A stretch of 21,153 nt of DNA from Phycisphaerae bacterium (lineage in GTDB: Bacteria; Planctomycetota; Phycisphaerae; UBA1845; Fen-1342), in the NCBI GenBank assembly GCA_963675745.2, contig CAXXWX010000009.1, positions 1-21,153 of the forward strand, in the 5' to 3' direction. A program made the translations under genes and the position numbers. This document shows positions 1 through 7,960 of the stretch, piece by piece. The notes below the pieces were generated by a model that was given only the letters and a program-made list of their open reading frames with translations, did not search any database and was not told where the DNA came from. Each line of letters starts with the position of its first letter. Positions within the stretch are counted from its first letter, which is position 1.

Positions 1-24
1 CCGCTAGCAGGACCGAGTCCCTCA

Positions 25-53
25 ATAGTGGCGCACGCGGCGCGGCGTGTCAA
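25..53 (-). promoter_or_regulatory. Putative sigma70 promoter reading leftward out of the window
   Basis: Minus strand: TTGACA (48-53, perfect -35), 17-nt spacer, CACTAT (25-30, 3/6 match to -10). Confidence 0.45.
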
Positions 54-132
54 GGGCGACAAGTCGCCCTGCCTCAAGTGCCGGAACTACCCGCCGACAA
101 CAAGCACGCGGGATCGGTCGATCAACGCCGCA

Positions 133-1329
133 TCACGCCGTGGCGGTCTTGCCCTTGCTCTTGGCCGACTCCTCGGTCTCGGGGACAAACAGCCGCGCGC
201 GGGGTGAGCGTGGCGGCAGGGCCCGCAGAATCAGAAAGCCGCCAACGCCGACCAGCGTCAGCGCGATGGCGAGTGCCTGGGATATGGTGAATCCCATGGT
301 GTCGAGCGGATTGTCGTCGCGGATCACCTCGATCAGATAACGCATGATCGGTTGCACCAGCAGCAGCGTGCAGATCACCTGTCCATCGCGTGTGCGGCGC
401 CAATAGAGCCGATCCAGGAACAAGGCGAGCAGCAGGGCCGCGACGACCGAGTAAAGCTGTGTGGGGTGAACCGGGGCCGAGTGATGGTGCGCCGCCCGCG
501 CTTTCAGCTCGGGGAACGTCATCCCATAGTTTTTCATCAACGACCGGACATCGCCCAGATTCGACCGGGCCCGCAGACGCTCCAGTGACGCTTGTCGGAG
601 TTGCCTTTCGAGGGCCGACTTTTCGGGTGTGCCGGCGGCAAGGGCCAGCTTGCGCTGAATACCGGCGACCGTACGCTCCGCCTGCTCCTGCTGGGTGGCG
701 GCCTGCGCGATCTTGGCTTCACTGGCGCGCAGGCTCTCGCGCGACACCGGCAGGGCATACCCCGTCGGGTGGGCGTAGATCAACTCGGCGGGAAGTGCCG
801 CCCGCGGTTCCATTTCCACCCATTGTTTGACCATCGGGGGACTGCCCATGGGGAATTCCATCGCCCAGGGCAGATCGCAGACACCGCCCCAACAGCAGCC
901 GTTCAGAAAACACCCCACGCGCCCAAACGCCAGCCCGAGCATGGCCGACGGCGCGATGATGTCGATGTACCAGCGCAGCGAGTGTTTCCAAAGCACCATG
1001 TAGGCGACGACACCGACCATGGCCAGGATAAATCCGCCGTAGAACTCGAGCCCGCCCTGAGTGATGTTCAGGATGGCGATGATCGTTGAAGCCACGCTGC
1101 TGCGCTCGAAGTTCTCCCAGTAATGAATGACGTACATGGCCCGCGCGCCGACCACGCCGCCCACCAGTGCGACAAACCCGCAGTTCAGGATCACTTCGGG
1201 ATCAGCGCCCGAGCGTTGCGCGCGGCGTCCGGCCCAGATGATCGCGGCGAGAAACCCCACCATCATCATGAAGCCATACGATGGGATGCTGAAGTTTATC
1301 CCCGGGATTGTGAATATGTATTGCATCAT
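133..1329 (-). CDS. lgt: Prolipoprotein diacylglyceryl transferase with a large internal insertion
   Basis: Motifs SYGFM, GARAMYV, GGLEFYGG, GRVGCFLNGCCWG, HPTQLY and RYLIEVIR, plus several hydrophobic segments. Start moved from 1440 to the ATG at 1329 (MMQYIF), which has GGAGG upstream. Confidence 0.92.
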   Translation of the reverse strand: MMQYIFTIPGINFSIPSYGFMMMVGFLAAIIWAGRRAQRSGADPEVILNCGFVALVGGVVGARAMYVIHYWENFERSSVASTIIAILNITQGGLEFYGGFILAMVGVVAYMVLWKHSLRWYIDIIAPSAMLGLAFGRVGCFLNGCCWGGVCDLPWAMEFPMGSPPMVKQWVEMEPRAALPAELIYAHPTGYALPVSRESLRASEAKIAQAATQQEQAERTVAGIQRKLALAAGTPEKSALERQLRQASLERLRARSNLGDVRSLMKNYGMTFPELKARAAHHHSAPVHPTQLYSVVAALLLALFLDRLYWRRTRDGQVICTLLLVQPIMRYLIEVIRDDNPLDTMGFTISQALAIALTLVGVGGFLILRALPPRSPRARLFVPETEESAKSKGKTATA

Positions 1330-1420
1330 GGCGTAAACAGGCCTCCAAGTGCCGCACGTGCATGCCAGACCGTCAATCCTACCCGGCAGGCGCCGGAGCG
1401 TACAGGTGTGGGGGAGGCGG

Positions 1421-1484
1421 ACAACTACGCAACTAGGCAACTAGGCAACGAGGCAACTAGGCAACGAGGCAACGAGGCAACGAG
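1421..1484. repeat. 8-bp tandem repeat GCAAC(T/G)AG x7 plus one degenerate unit
   Basis: ACAACTAC-GCAACTAG-GCAACTAG-GCAACGAG-GCAACTAG-GCAACGAG-GCAACGAG-GCAACGAG, lying between the panC stop and the lgt start. Confidence 0.95.
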
Positions 1485-1504
1485 GCGGCCGGGGACTGGG
1501 CGGC

Positions 1505-2365
1505 CTATTTGATGTCGGCGTTGGAGTTGACTTGGATGTTGTCGATCAGGCGGGTGTTGCCGATGCGTACGGCGAGGGCGACTGCGGCGCGCGCGGGAAT
1601 GATCCGCGCCGGTTGGACAGTGTCCGGCTCGACGACGCTGATGTATTCGATCGTGGCCGGCCCGGCCGCCTCGATGACGCGGCGAATCTCATCGGTAACC
1701 CGACCCACGTCACGCTCGCCGGCCAGGATCATGTCGCGGGCCGCCAACAGCGCCGTATGAAGGCAGGTCGCCTGTTGTCGCTCGGCCGCGGTCAGATACG
1801 CGTTGCGGCTGCTGACCGCCAGTCCATCGGGCTCACGAATGGTGGGACAACCGACAATGGTGATCGGCATATCCAGGTCGCGCACCATGCGACGGATGAC
1901 CTGCAATTGCTGCAAGTCCTTCTCGCCGAAATACGCCACGTCCGGCTGGACAATGTTGAACAGCTTGGTGACGACCGTGGCCACGCCGTCAAAATGCCCG
2001 GGACGTCGTGGCCCGCAGAGATGCTCGGTGAGTGTTTCAACGTGTATATGTGTCACCGAGCCCGGTGGGTACATGTCCTCGACCCCCGGCAGAAACACAA
2101 GATCAACGCCGGCCTCAGCGCAGGCATCCAGGTCCTGTTTTTCCGTGCGTGGATACCGCTCATAGTCGTCGCCGGGGCTGAATTGTGTGGGGTTCACGAA
2201 GATGCTGACCACCGTGTAGGCGCCATCGCGTCGCGCGGCATCGATCAGTGAAACGTGGGCGCGGTGCAAGGCGCCCATGGTCGGCACGAAACCGACGCGG
2301 CTGCCGGCGGCGCGTGCCGCTCCCACCGCGGCGCGCACCTCGGCAATCGTCCGTGCGATGTTCAT
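1505..2365 (-). CDS. panC: Pantoate--beta-alanine ligase
   Basis: Motifs GFVPTMGALH, SIFVNPTQF, RPGHFDGVATVV, FGEKDLQQ, REPDGLAVSSRN and TRLIDN. Start is probably ATG 2365 (MNIAR) or 2374. Confidence 0.97.
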   Translation of the reverse strand: MNIARTIAEVRAAVGAARAAGSRVGFVPTMGALHRAHVSLIDAARRDGAYTVVSIFVNPTQFSPGDDYERYPRTEKQDLDACAEAGVDLVFLPGVEDMYPPGSVTHIHVETLTEHLCGPRRPGHFDGVATVVTKLFNIVQPDVAYFGEKDLQQLQVIRRMVRDLDMPITIVGCPTIREPDGLAVSSRNAYLTAAERQQATCLHTALLAARDMILAGERDVGRVTDEIRRVIEAAGPATIEYISVVEPDTVQPARIIPARAAVALAVRIGNTRLIDNIQVNSNADIK

Positions 2366-2489
2366 GTGCGGCATTGGACCCGACCGCCGGTCGATTGTCA
2401 CGCGCGGCGGCCACGGGCGCCGGCCGGCACATATGGTGCGGAGGCACGCGGGCACGTAGGATACACGCTCGAAAGGAGGTCACCCGACC

Positions 2490-3215
2490 ATGGCAGGACT
2501 CGGCGTAAACATCGACCACGTGGCGACGATTCGGCAGGCCCGGCTGACCGACGAGCCCGACCCCGTCTGGGCGGCCGTCGAAGCTCAGCTCGGCGGCGCC
2601 GATTGCATAACCTTTCATCTCCGCGAAGACCGTCGGCACATAAACGACCGCGACGCGGAGCTGCTCAAACAAACCGTCGCCACCAAGCTCAACATGGAGA
2701 TGTCAATCAACCCCGGCATCGTGCGCATTGCTCTGAAGCTCAAGCCGACACAGGCCACGCTGGTGCCCGAGCGCCGCGAAGAGCTTACCACCGAGGGCGG
2801 GCTGGATGTGAAGAAGCTCCGCCGGCGTATCGCGCCCGTCGTGAAGAAACTCAAGGCCGCGGGCATCGAGACCAGTGCGTTTATCGAGCCGCTCGAGGAT
2901 CAGATCGCCGTCTGCGCCGAGTGTGGATTCGATGCGGTCGAACTCTGGACGGCGGGATACGCCGACGCCAAAACCGACCGCGCGCGCACACGCGCCCTGG
3001 ACAGGTTGGACCATTGTGTCGAAGTTGGCATCGACGCCGGGCTGATAGTCCACGGCGGTCACGGGCTGACCTACCGCAACATAGACCCGGTGGCGGCGAT
3101 CCCGGGCTTCACCGAGTTCAACATCGGGCACTCGATCATCGCCCGTGCCGTCTTTGTGGGCCTGCGCGAAGCCGTCCGCGAGATGAAACGCCTGATCGAT
3201 AGCCTGGATTACTAG
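2490..3215 (+). CDS. pdxJ: Pyridoxine 5'-phosphate synthase
   Basis: Motifs LGVNIDHVATIRQAR, HLREDRRHI, LVPERREELTTEGGLDV, GHGL and EFNIGHSII. Strong RBS AAGGAGGT upstream. Confidence 0.97.
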   Translation: MAGLGVNIDHVATIRQARLTDEPDPVWAAVEAQLGGADCITFHLREDRRHINDRDAELLKQTVATKLNMEMSINPGIVRIALKLKPTQATLVPERREELTTEGGLDVKKLRRRIAPVVKKLKAAGIETSAFIEPLEDQIAVCAECGFDAVELWTAGYADAKTDRARTRALDRLDHCVEVGIDAGLIVHGGHGLTYRNIDPVAAIPGFTEFNIGHSIIARAVFVGLREAVREMKRLIDSLDY

Positions 3216-3263
3216 TCGTCGGGGGCGAGTTTTCAGCTTTCACCGTGCAGGTCTCAGGGATAG

Positions 3264-4073
3264 ATGCCGATACACGCCACAGCCATTGTTGATACCACGG
3301 CCGTCATCGACCCCACGGCGGACATCGGCGCCTACGCAGTTATCGAAGGTCACACGACGATTGGTCCGCAGGCGCGTGTCTGGGCGCATGGCTTTATCGG
3401 CTGGGGTACATCGCTGGGCGCTCGCGTCCAGGTTCATCCCTTCGCTGTCGTCGGCCACCTGCCGCAGGATGTCGCGTTCGACGGTTCGCCGAGCTACACC
3501 CACATCGGCGACGACACGATCGTGCGCGAGCACGCCAGCATTCACCGCGGTACGACGCCCGAGAGCACCACGCTTGTCGGCAGTGGTTGCATGATCATGT
3601 CTACCGGCCACATTGCGCACAACTGTGTCGTCGGCGACAGCGTGGTGATCGTTAATGCCGGCTTGCTAGCGGGGCACGTGCATGTCGGTGATCGCGCATT
3701 CGTTGGCGGGGGCGCCGGCGTCCACCAGTTCACCCGAGTTGGTGAGATGGTCATGCTGCGCGGCAACTGCCCGTGTGCCAAAGATGTTCCGCCATTCATG
3801 CTCGTTGGCCCGCGCGGCGTGACGGGAGTCAACACCGTCGGCCTGCGGCGGGGCGGGCTCTCGGCAGCCGAACGGTTGGAGATTCGCCGGTGCTACCACA
3901 TTCTCTATCGCGGTGGGATGCACTTCCCGAAGGCGGTTGAAGAGGTCTCGCAGTTGGTGACGACCGGCCCCGGCCGTCGCCTGGTCGAATTCCTGCGGTC
4001 GGACTCGCGCCGCGGCTACCTGCGATATCAGGGGCCCCGGCGCGGGGCCACTGATAGCGACAGAGCCGAGTGA
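3264..4073 (+). CDS. lpxA: Acyl-ACP--UDP-N-acetylglucosamine O-acyltransferase (LpxA family, possibly a paralog)
   Basis: Hexapeptide repeats; motifs PQD, REHASIHRGT, HIAHNC, LAGHV, HQF, DVPPF and GVNTVGLRR; C-terminal helical domain. Confidence 0.9.
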   Translation: MPIHATAIVDTTAVIDPTADIGAYAVIEGHTTIGPQARVWAHGFIGWGTSLGARVQVHPFAVVGHLPQDVAFDGSPSYTHIGDDTIVREHASIHRGTTPESTTLVGSGCMIMSTGHIAHNCVVGDSVVIVNAGLLAGHVHVGDRAFVGGGAGVHQFTRVGEMVMLRGNCPCAKDVPPFMLVGPRGVTGVNTVGLRRGGLSAAERLEIRRCYHILYRGGMHFPKAVEEVSQLVTTGPGRRLVEFLRSDSRRGYLRYQGPRRGATDSDRAE

Positions 4074-5209
4074 ACATCCTCATCGCCCCGGACAAGTTCA
4101 AGGAAGCACTCGATGCACCGACCATCGCCGGTGTGATGGCTTCCGCCGCGCGTGAGGCGTTGCCCGCCGCCAACGTCACGTGTGTTCCACTGGCGGACGG
4201 CGGTGATGGTACCGGCCCGATTCTCGCGGCGCAACTTGGCGGACAGCCGCGCACACTCACTGTGCGCGACCCGCTCGGCCGTCAGGTCAGCGCACGTTGG
4301 TGGTGGGTCGCCGACCGCGCGCTGGCCATCGTCGAGATGGCCGAAGCATCCGGATTGCACCTGCTCACGTTGCAGGAGCGCGATCCGCTGCGCGCCAGTT
4401 CCTACGGGACGGGGCAGCTCATGCGCGCCGCGATCGACATGGGCGCCAGGCAGATCATGCTCTGCGTCGGTGGCTCAGCGACCGTTGATGGCGGGGCGGG
4501 CTGCCTCCAGGCGCTGGGATGGAAGCTGCGCGACTCGCGGGGTAGCGAAGTTACCGTCTCGGCGGGCGGCGGCCAACTGTCACAGGTTGCCGCGATCGAG
4601 GCACCGACACCCCCGCCGCGCGTGGCGATCACCGTGTTGGTTGATGTCACCAACCCGTTGCTCGGCCCCGATGGGGCCGCGCCTGTCTTCGGCCCTCAGA
4701 AGGGGGCGAGTGAATCACAGGTGCGACAACTGGCGGCCAATCTGCGGCACTGGGCAGAGGTGTTGGCACAGTCCACCGGGGCCGATGTTGCCGACGTCCC
4801 CGGCGGTGGTGCCGTCGGTGGTTTGCCCGCCGGACTCATGGCCGCCGGCGGCGCTGCGATCGAGCGTGGTTTTGACGTTGTGGCCGATCAGCTCGATCTG
4901 AGACAGAAGCTCTCCGAGTCGTCGCTATGCCTCACCGGCGAAGGCCGCATCGATGCCCAATCGCAGCACGGCAAGGTCGTCGGCGCTCTTGCCGAACTGG
5001 CACGGACAACGCGGACTCCCGTCGTGGCGTTCGGCGGCACCATCAAAGTGGCGCCCGGGCAGACTCCGGCGGAATTGGCCGCTCGGCTGTTGCTGCAAGA
5101 CCTGGTCCAGATCAGTGATGCCGCTACGCCGCTCAGCGTCGCAATCGCTCAGACAGAGCCGAACCTCCGGCGTGCTGTGCGAGACTACTTGTTGCATCAC
5201 GCGTGCTGA
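4070..5209 (+). CDS. glxK: Glycerate kinase (GlxK/GarK family)
   Basis: Motifs IAPDKFKE, PLADGGDGT, EMAEASGL, GGSATVDGG, DVTNPLLG, FGPQKGA and TGEGRIDAQS. The GTG start overlaps the lpxA TGA (GTGA), suggesting translational coupling. Confidence 0.93.
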   Translation: MNILIAPDKFKEALDAPTIAGVMASAAREALPAANVTCVPLADGGDGTGPILAAQLGGQPRTLTVRDPLGRQVSARWWWVADRALAIVEMAEASGLHLLTLQERDPLRASSYGTGQLMRAAIDMGARQIMLCVGGSATVDGGAGCLQALGWKLRDSRGSEVTVSAGGGQLSQVAAIEAPTPPPRVAITVLVDVTNPLLGPDGAAPVFGPQKGASESQVRQLAANLRHWAEVLAQSTGADVADVPGGGAVGGLPAGLMAAGGAAIERGFDVVADQLDLRQKLSESSLCLTGEGRIDAQSQHGKVVGALAELARTTRTPVVAFGGTIKVAPGQTPAELAARLLLQDLVQISDAATPLSVAIAQTEPNLRRAVRDYLLHHAC

Positions 5210-5237
5210 CGTGCCCAGCGCCGCGGAGAGACGTGCC

Positions 5238-6620
5238 ATGCCACAATGTCGCGGAGCACCGCAGACAACAACGCCACAAGTCGCGGCGCGCATGCGCGGC
5301 GTCTGCATCCTGCTCGTGATGATCCCGGTCATTACCGTGTCCGGGCAAACAAACACGATCGAGCCCACATTCACACGGACCTTGGATGCCAGGATTGACT
5401 GGGCCGAGCTTGCCGGGCCTCACGACTCCCCGCTGCTGGTTGTCTGGGATCGGGATCGCCACCTGCACGTTGTGGATCCGTGTAGCGGGCGCCCGCTATT
5501 CGAGCGTAAGCTGAGCGCGGGGCCCGGGTTGAAGCTGGGACAGGGCTTCTCACCACTGACCGGCGGTTGGCGTTTCTACTGCTACGATCACTTCAGCCTG
5601 CACGCGTTTGACGTCACTGCGCCGCCAGGTAGCGGGGGCGGAAAGCAGGATCAGGCGGTGACACATCGAGCGTTTGGCCAGGCATTCCCCGGCGAGCAGT
5701 TTCAGCACGATCCGGAAGTTCTCAAGCGCATCATCCTGGTCGCCGCTCTTGGTGCGGATGTTGTTGCGGTGCGTGACGACGGGCGCATAACGCGATTCAA
5801 CACTGATGATGCGGCACCACGCTACACCGTGTGGGTGGGGCCGATTGCCCGGTGTCTCTTCAGCGCAACGCCCACACGCGCTGCATTGCTTCTCAAGCAA
5901 GGTCCAGACGCGCGGCTGCTCTGGTTGGACGTGCGTGCCACAGGGCCGCCGCCATTGCCGCCGCGCCGCATAGCCCGGACGCTGCCGGTGTGGAGTGGGT
6001 CTTGCGCCGCGGGGTTGCTCGCGGTCTGGCTGGACCACATCGAGTTACATGCTGAACACAGCGCGTCGGTTCGTCAGTGCGCGCTGGCCGCCGCGCCGAG
6101 AGCCGCGACGGTAACGTTGCATCAACCCGTCGGGTTGCCGGAGTCAGAGCCGTTGCTGGTTTTTGCCGACCTCACTGGCGGCGTACACGCATACGGAGTG
6201 CAGAGCGCGCGCTTGGTCTGGACGCGGCCCGGCGATGCGGCACGGTCGGCGTATCACCGCCTGGCGTTGTTCACGGATGAAGTGCTGATCCGCGACGACC
6301 ACCACGTGCTGCTGCTCCGCGCTTGCGACGGTGTTACGCGGCGTGAATACTCGTCGGTGGATTCGATATCCACGGCTACGCTCTGTAGCGACGTGATTCA
6401 CGCCATCACCGAGACCGAAGGTACACTGACCTGGCGTGTCTTACCGACCGGCCCGCAGCAGGCGCCGCTGGCGGAAGCTCGTCTCCGGGCGCCCTCCCGC
6501 GATGCACGCCAAATGTGCCGGCTGCTGTGGGCACGGGATTGTCTGGTAGTTGTCTCCAGTGACTCACTGGCGGCCTACCATGCGCCCGAGCCTCCCAAGA
6601 GGCGCTCCACGAGCCCGTAA
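5238..6620 (+). CDS. Hypothetical exported protein, possibly a degenerate PQQ/BamB-like beta-propeller
   Basis: Long ORF directly after glxK. Start is ATG 5238 (GGAGAG upstream) or 5292 (MRGVCILLVMIPVITVSG, signal-like). Blade-like segments LHVVDPCSGRPLF and GGVHAYGVQSARLVW. Confidence 0.6.
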   Translation: MPQCRGAPQTTTPQVAARMRGVCILLVMIPVITVSGQTNTIEPTFTRTLDARIDWAELAGPHDSPLLVVWDRDRHLHVVDPCSGRPLFERKLSAGPGLKLGQGFSPLTGGWRFYCYDHFSLHAFDVTAPPGSGGGKQDQAVTHRAFGQAFPGEQFQHDPEVLKRIILVAALGADVVAVRDDGRITRFNTDDAAPRYTVWVGPIARCLFSATPTRAALLLKQGPDARLLWLDVRATGPPPLPPRRIARTLPVWSGSCAAGLLAVWLDHIELHAEHSASVRQCALAAAPRAATVTLHQPVGLPESEPLLVFADLTGGVHAYGVQSARLVWTRPGDAARSAYHRLALFTDEVLIRDDHHVLLLRACDGVTRREYSSVDSISTATLCSDVIHAITETEGTLTWRVLPTGPQQAPLAEARLRAPSRDARQMCRLLWARDCLVVVSSDSLAAYHAPEPPKRRSTSP

Positions 6621-6730
6621 TCAACACTACTACGGGGATAGTTGCGGCAAGTGGTTATACGGACCTCGCAGACGCGCCCGTTCCGGAACACAGGTCAGCG
6701 GCGACACGGGCGCGGCAGAGGCGGTCAATC

Positions 6731-6759
6731 TGGACTATTCAAACCGCAAATGGTATCCT
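6731..6759 (+). promoter_or_regulatory. Putative sigma70 promoter for the dockerin-tailed protein
   Basis: TGGACT-N17-TATCCT with an extended -10 TG. Confidence 0.4.
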
Positions 6760-6909
6760 CAGGTGTCCGAGGGCAGGACTGGGGTCTGAAGCCGTCCAGT
6801 CTCCATGCGGCACGTGGTGCTATTTGCGTGTGGCGATCGCGATGTTCATTCGCGACGTCGGTATCCGGCCTGATCAGGCTGGTGATGGTGACAACAGGGA
6901 AGAACAGCA

Positions 6910-7851
6910 ATGTGCGAACGCGTCGGTGCGCTGATATGCCTGCTGGCCGTTGTCGGGGGGGCCCGTGCCACGGACATCGATATCTACTTCAACTCCTACG
7001 ACATAATTCGTGACTGGGAACCTCAGGCACCGGAAATCCCCTTCACGCAACCTGGCATCAAACGTGTCTACATCTGGGCCAACATCGACATGTACGACAG
7101 CACGAGGTTCAACGGCATGGGGCTGGACTTCGTCGAGGTTGGCGATGTCACCGTCGTTGACGGCGTGCTTTACAACCCGAACATGGGTGCCGAAACCGGC
7201 AGCAAAGGGCAGACCTGGGAAGATTACAAGAAGTTTCGCTGGCAGAACGGCGCACTGGGCGGAAGTGAGCCGGACAACCCGATCGGAATTCAGCCCACAG
7301 GCAGCTTGGACGCCTACGCAGTCAGCGGGACTTGGCTGTTACAACTCGGCTATACGCCCGCCTATGGAGATTACGCGGCTGATCCGGGCGATACGCTGGC
7401 TTGGAGTGAATACGACGAAGGCGCGAGTACGTGGGTGGGGTCATACCTGCTTGGACATGTGGACGTCGAGACCGCCGGAGACGGGGATATCTACTTCGCC
7501 GTCAGCGCCGCGAAGATCACCGCCCAGGGCGGCGACGAGGGGGACATGGTCTACTTTGGTCTGAACCCCCCAGTACCACAACGCGTCGTCGGCGCCGGCG
7601 GCCCGGGTACCGGGCGCATCCCCGATGTCACCTTCGTCCCTGGACCAGACAGGGGCGACCTTGATTGTGACGGTTATGCGAACAACAGCGATGTCGACCC
7701 CTTCGTCCTCGCTATCACGTCGGCCGAGCTATACGCAATGACCTATCCGGACTGTGACATCATGTCTGGAGACTGCAACTACGACGGCGCGACTAACAAC
7801 GGCGATATCGACGCATTCGTCCAACTGCTGACGGCCTCCCCGTCGGAGTGA
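6910..7851 (+). CDS. Secreted protein with a C-terminal planctomycete-type dockerin-like (paired EF-hand) domain
   Basis: Signal peptide (ALICLLAVVGGARA), acidic beta-rich body, and C-terminal duplicated GDLDCDGYANNSDVDPFV / GDCNYDGATNNGDIDAFV (from 7654). Confidence 0.85.
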   Translation: MCERVGALICLLAVVGGARATDIDIYFNSYDIIRDWEPQAPEIPFTQPGIKRVYIWANIDMYDSTRFNGMGLDFVEVGDVTVVDGVLYNPNMGAETGSKGQTWEDYKKFRWQNGALGGSEPDNPIGIQPTGSLDAYAVSGTWLLQLGYTPAYGDYAADPGDTLAWSEYDEGASTWVGSYLLGHVDVETAGDGDIYFAVSAAKITAQGGDEGDMVYFGLNPPVPQRVVGAGGPGTGRIPDVTFVPGPDRGDLDCDGYANNSDVDPFVLAITSAELYAMTYPDCDIMSGDCNYDGATNNGDIDAFVQLLTASPSE

Positions 7852-7960
7852 ATTGCGCCCGCTCACAGCGCCGGCCCCACCTATCCCCGAATTGCAGCCC
7901 ACCGGTTAGACTGCGCCACTGTCGTGCGCCCATTTTGACCATGCCGCACAGGAGCAAACC

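Noticed and set aside
1421..1484. CRISPR interpretation of the tandem repeat
   Set aside because: The 8-bp units are contiguous with no spacers, and there are no cas genes.
2255..3202. 315-aa Arg-rich plus-strand ORF
   Set aside because: Alternative frame over panC/pdxJ, with low-complexity Arg/Pro/Gly composition and no motifs.
4953..5237. N-terminal extension of the 555-aa ORF (likewise the extended starts given for lgt, panC, mscS, pruA, WD40 and spondin genes)
   Set aside because: These extensions overlap other genes or non-coding leaders. Downstream ATGs have better RBS, signal-peptide or family-start support.
6673..6714. 9-bp inverted repeat (CGCGCCCGT/ACGGGCGCG) as an intrinsic terminator
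   Set aside because: It has a 24-nt loop and no U-tract, which is not convincing in GC-rich DNA.
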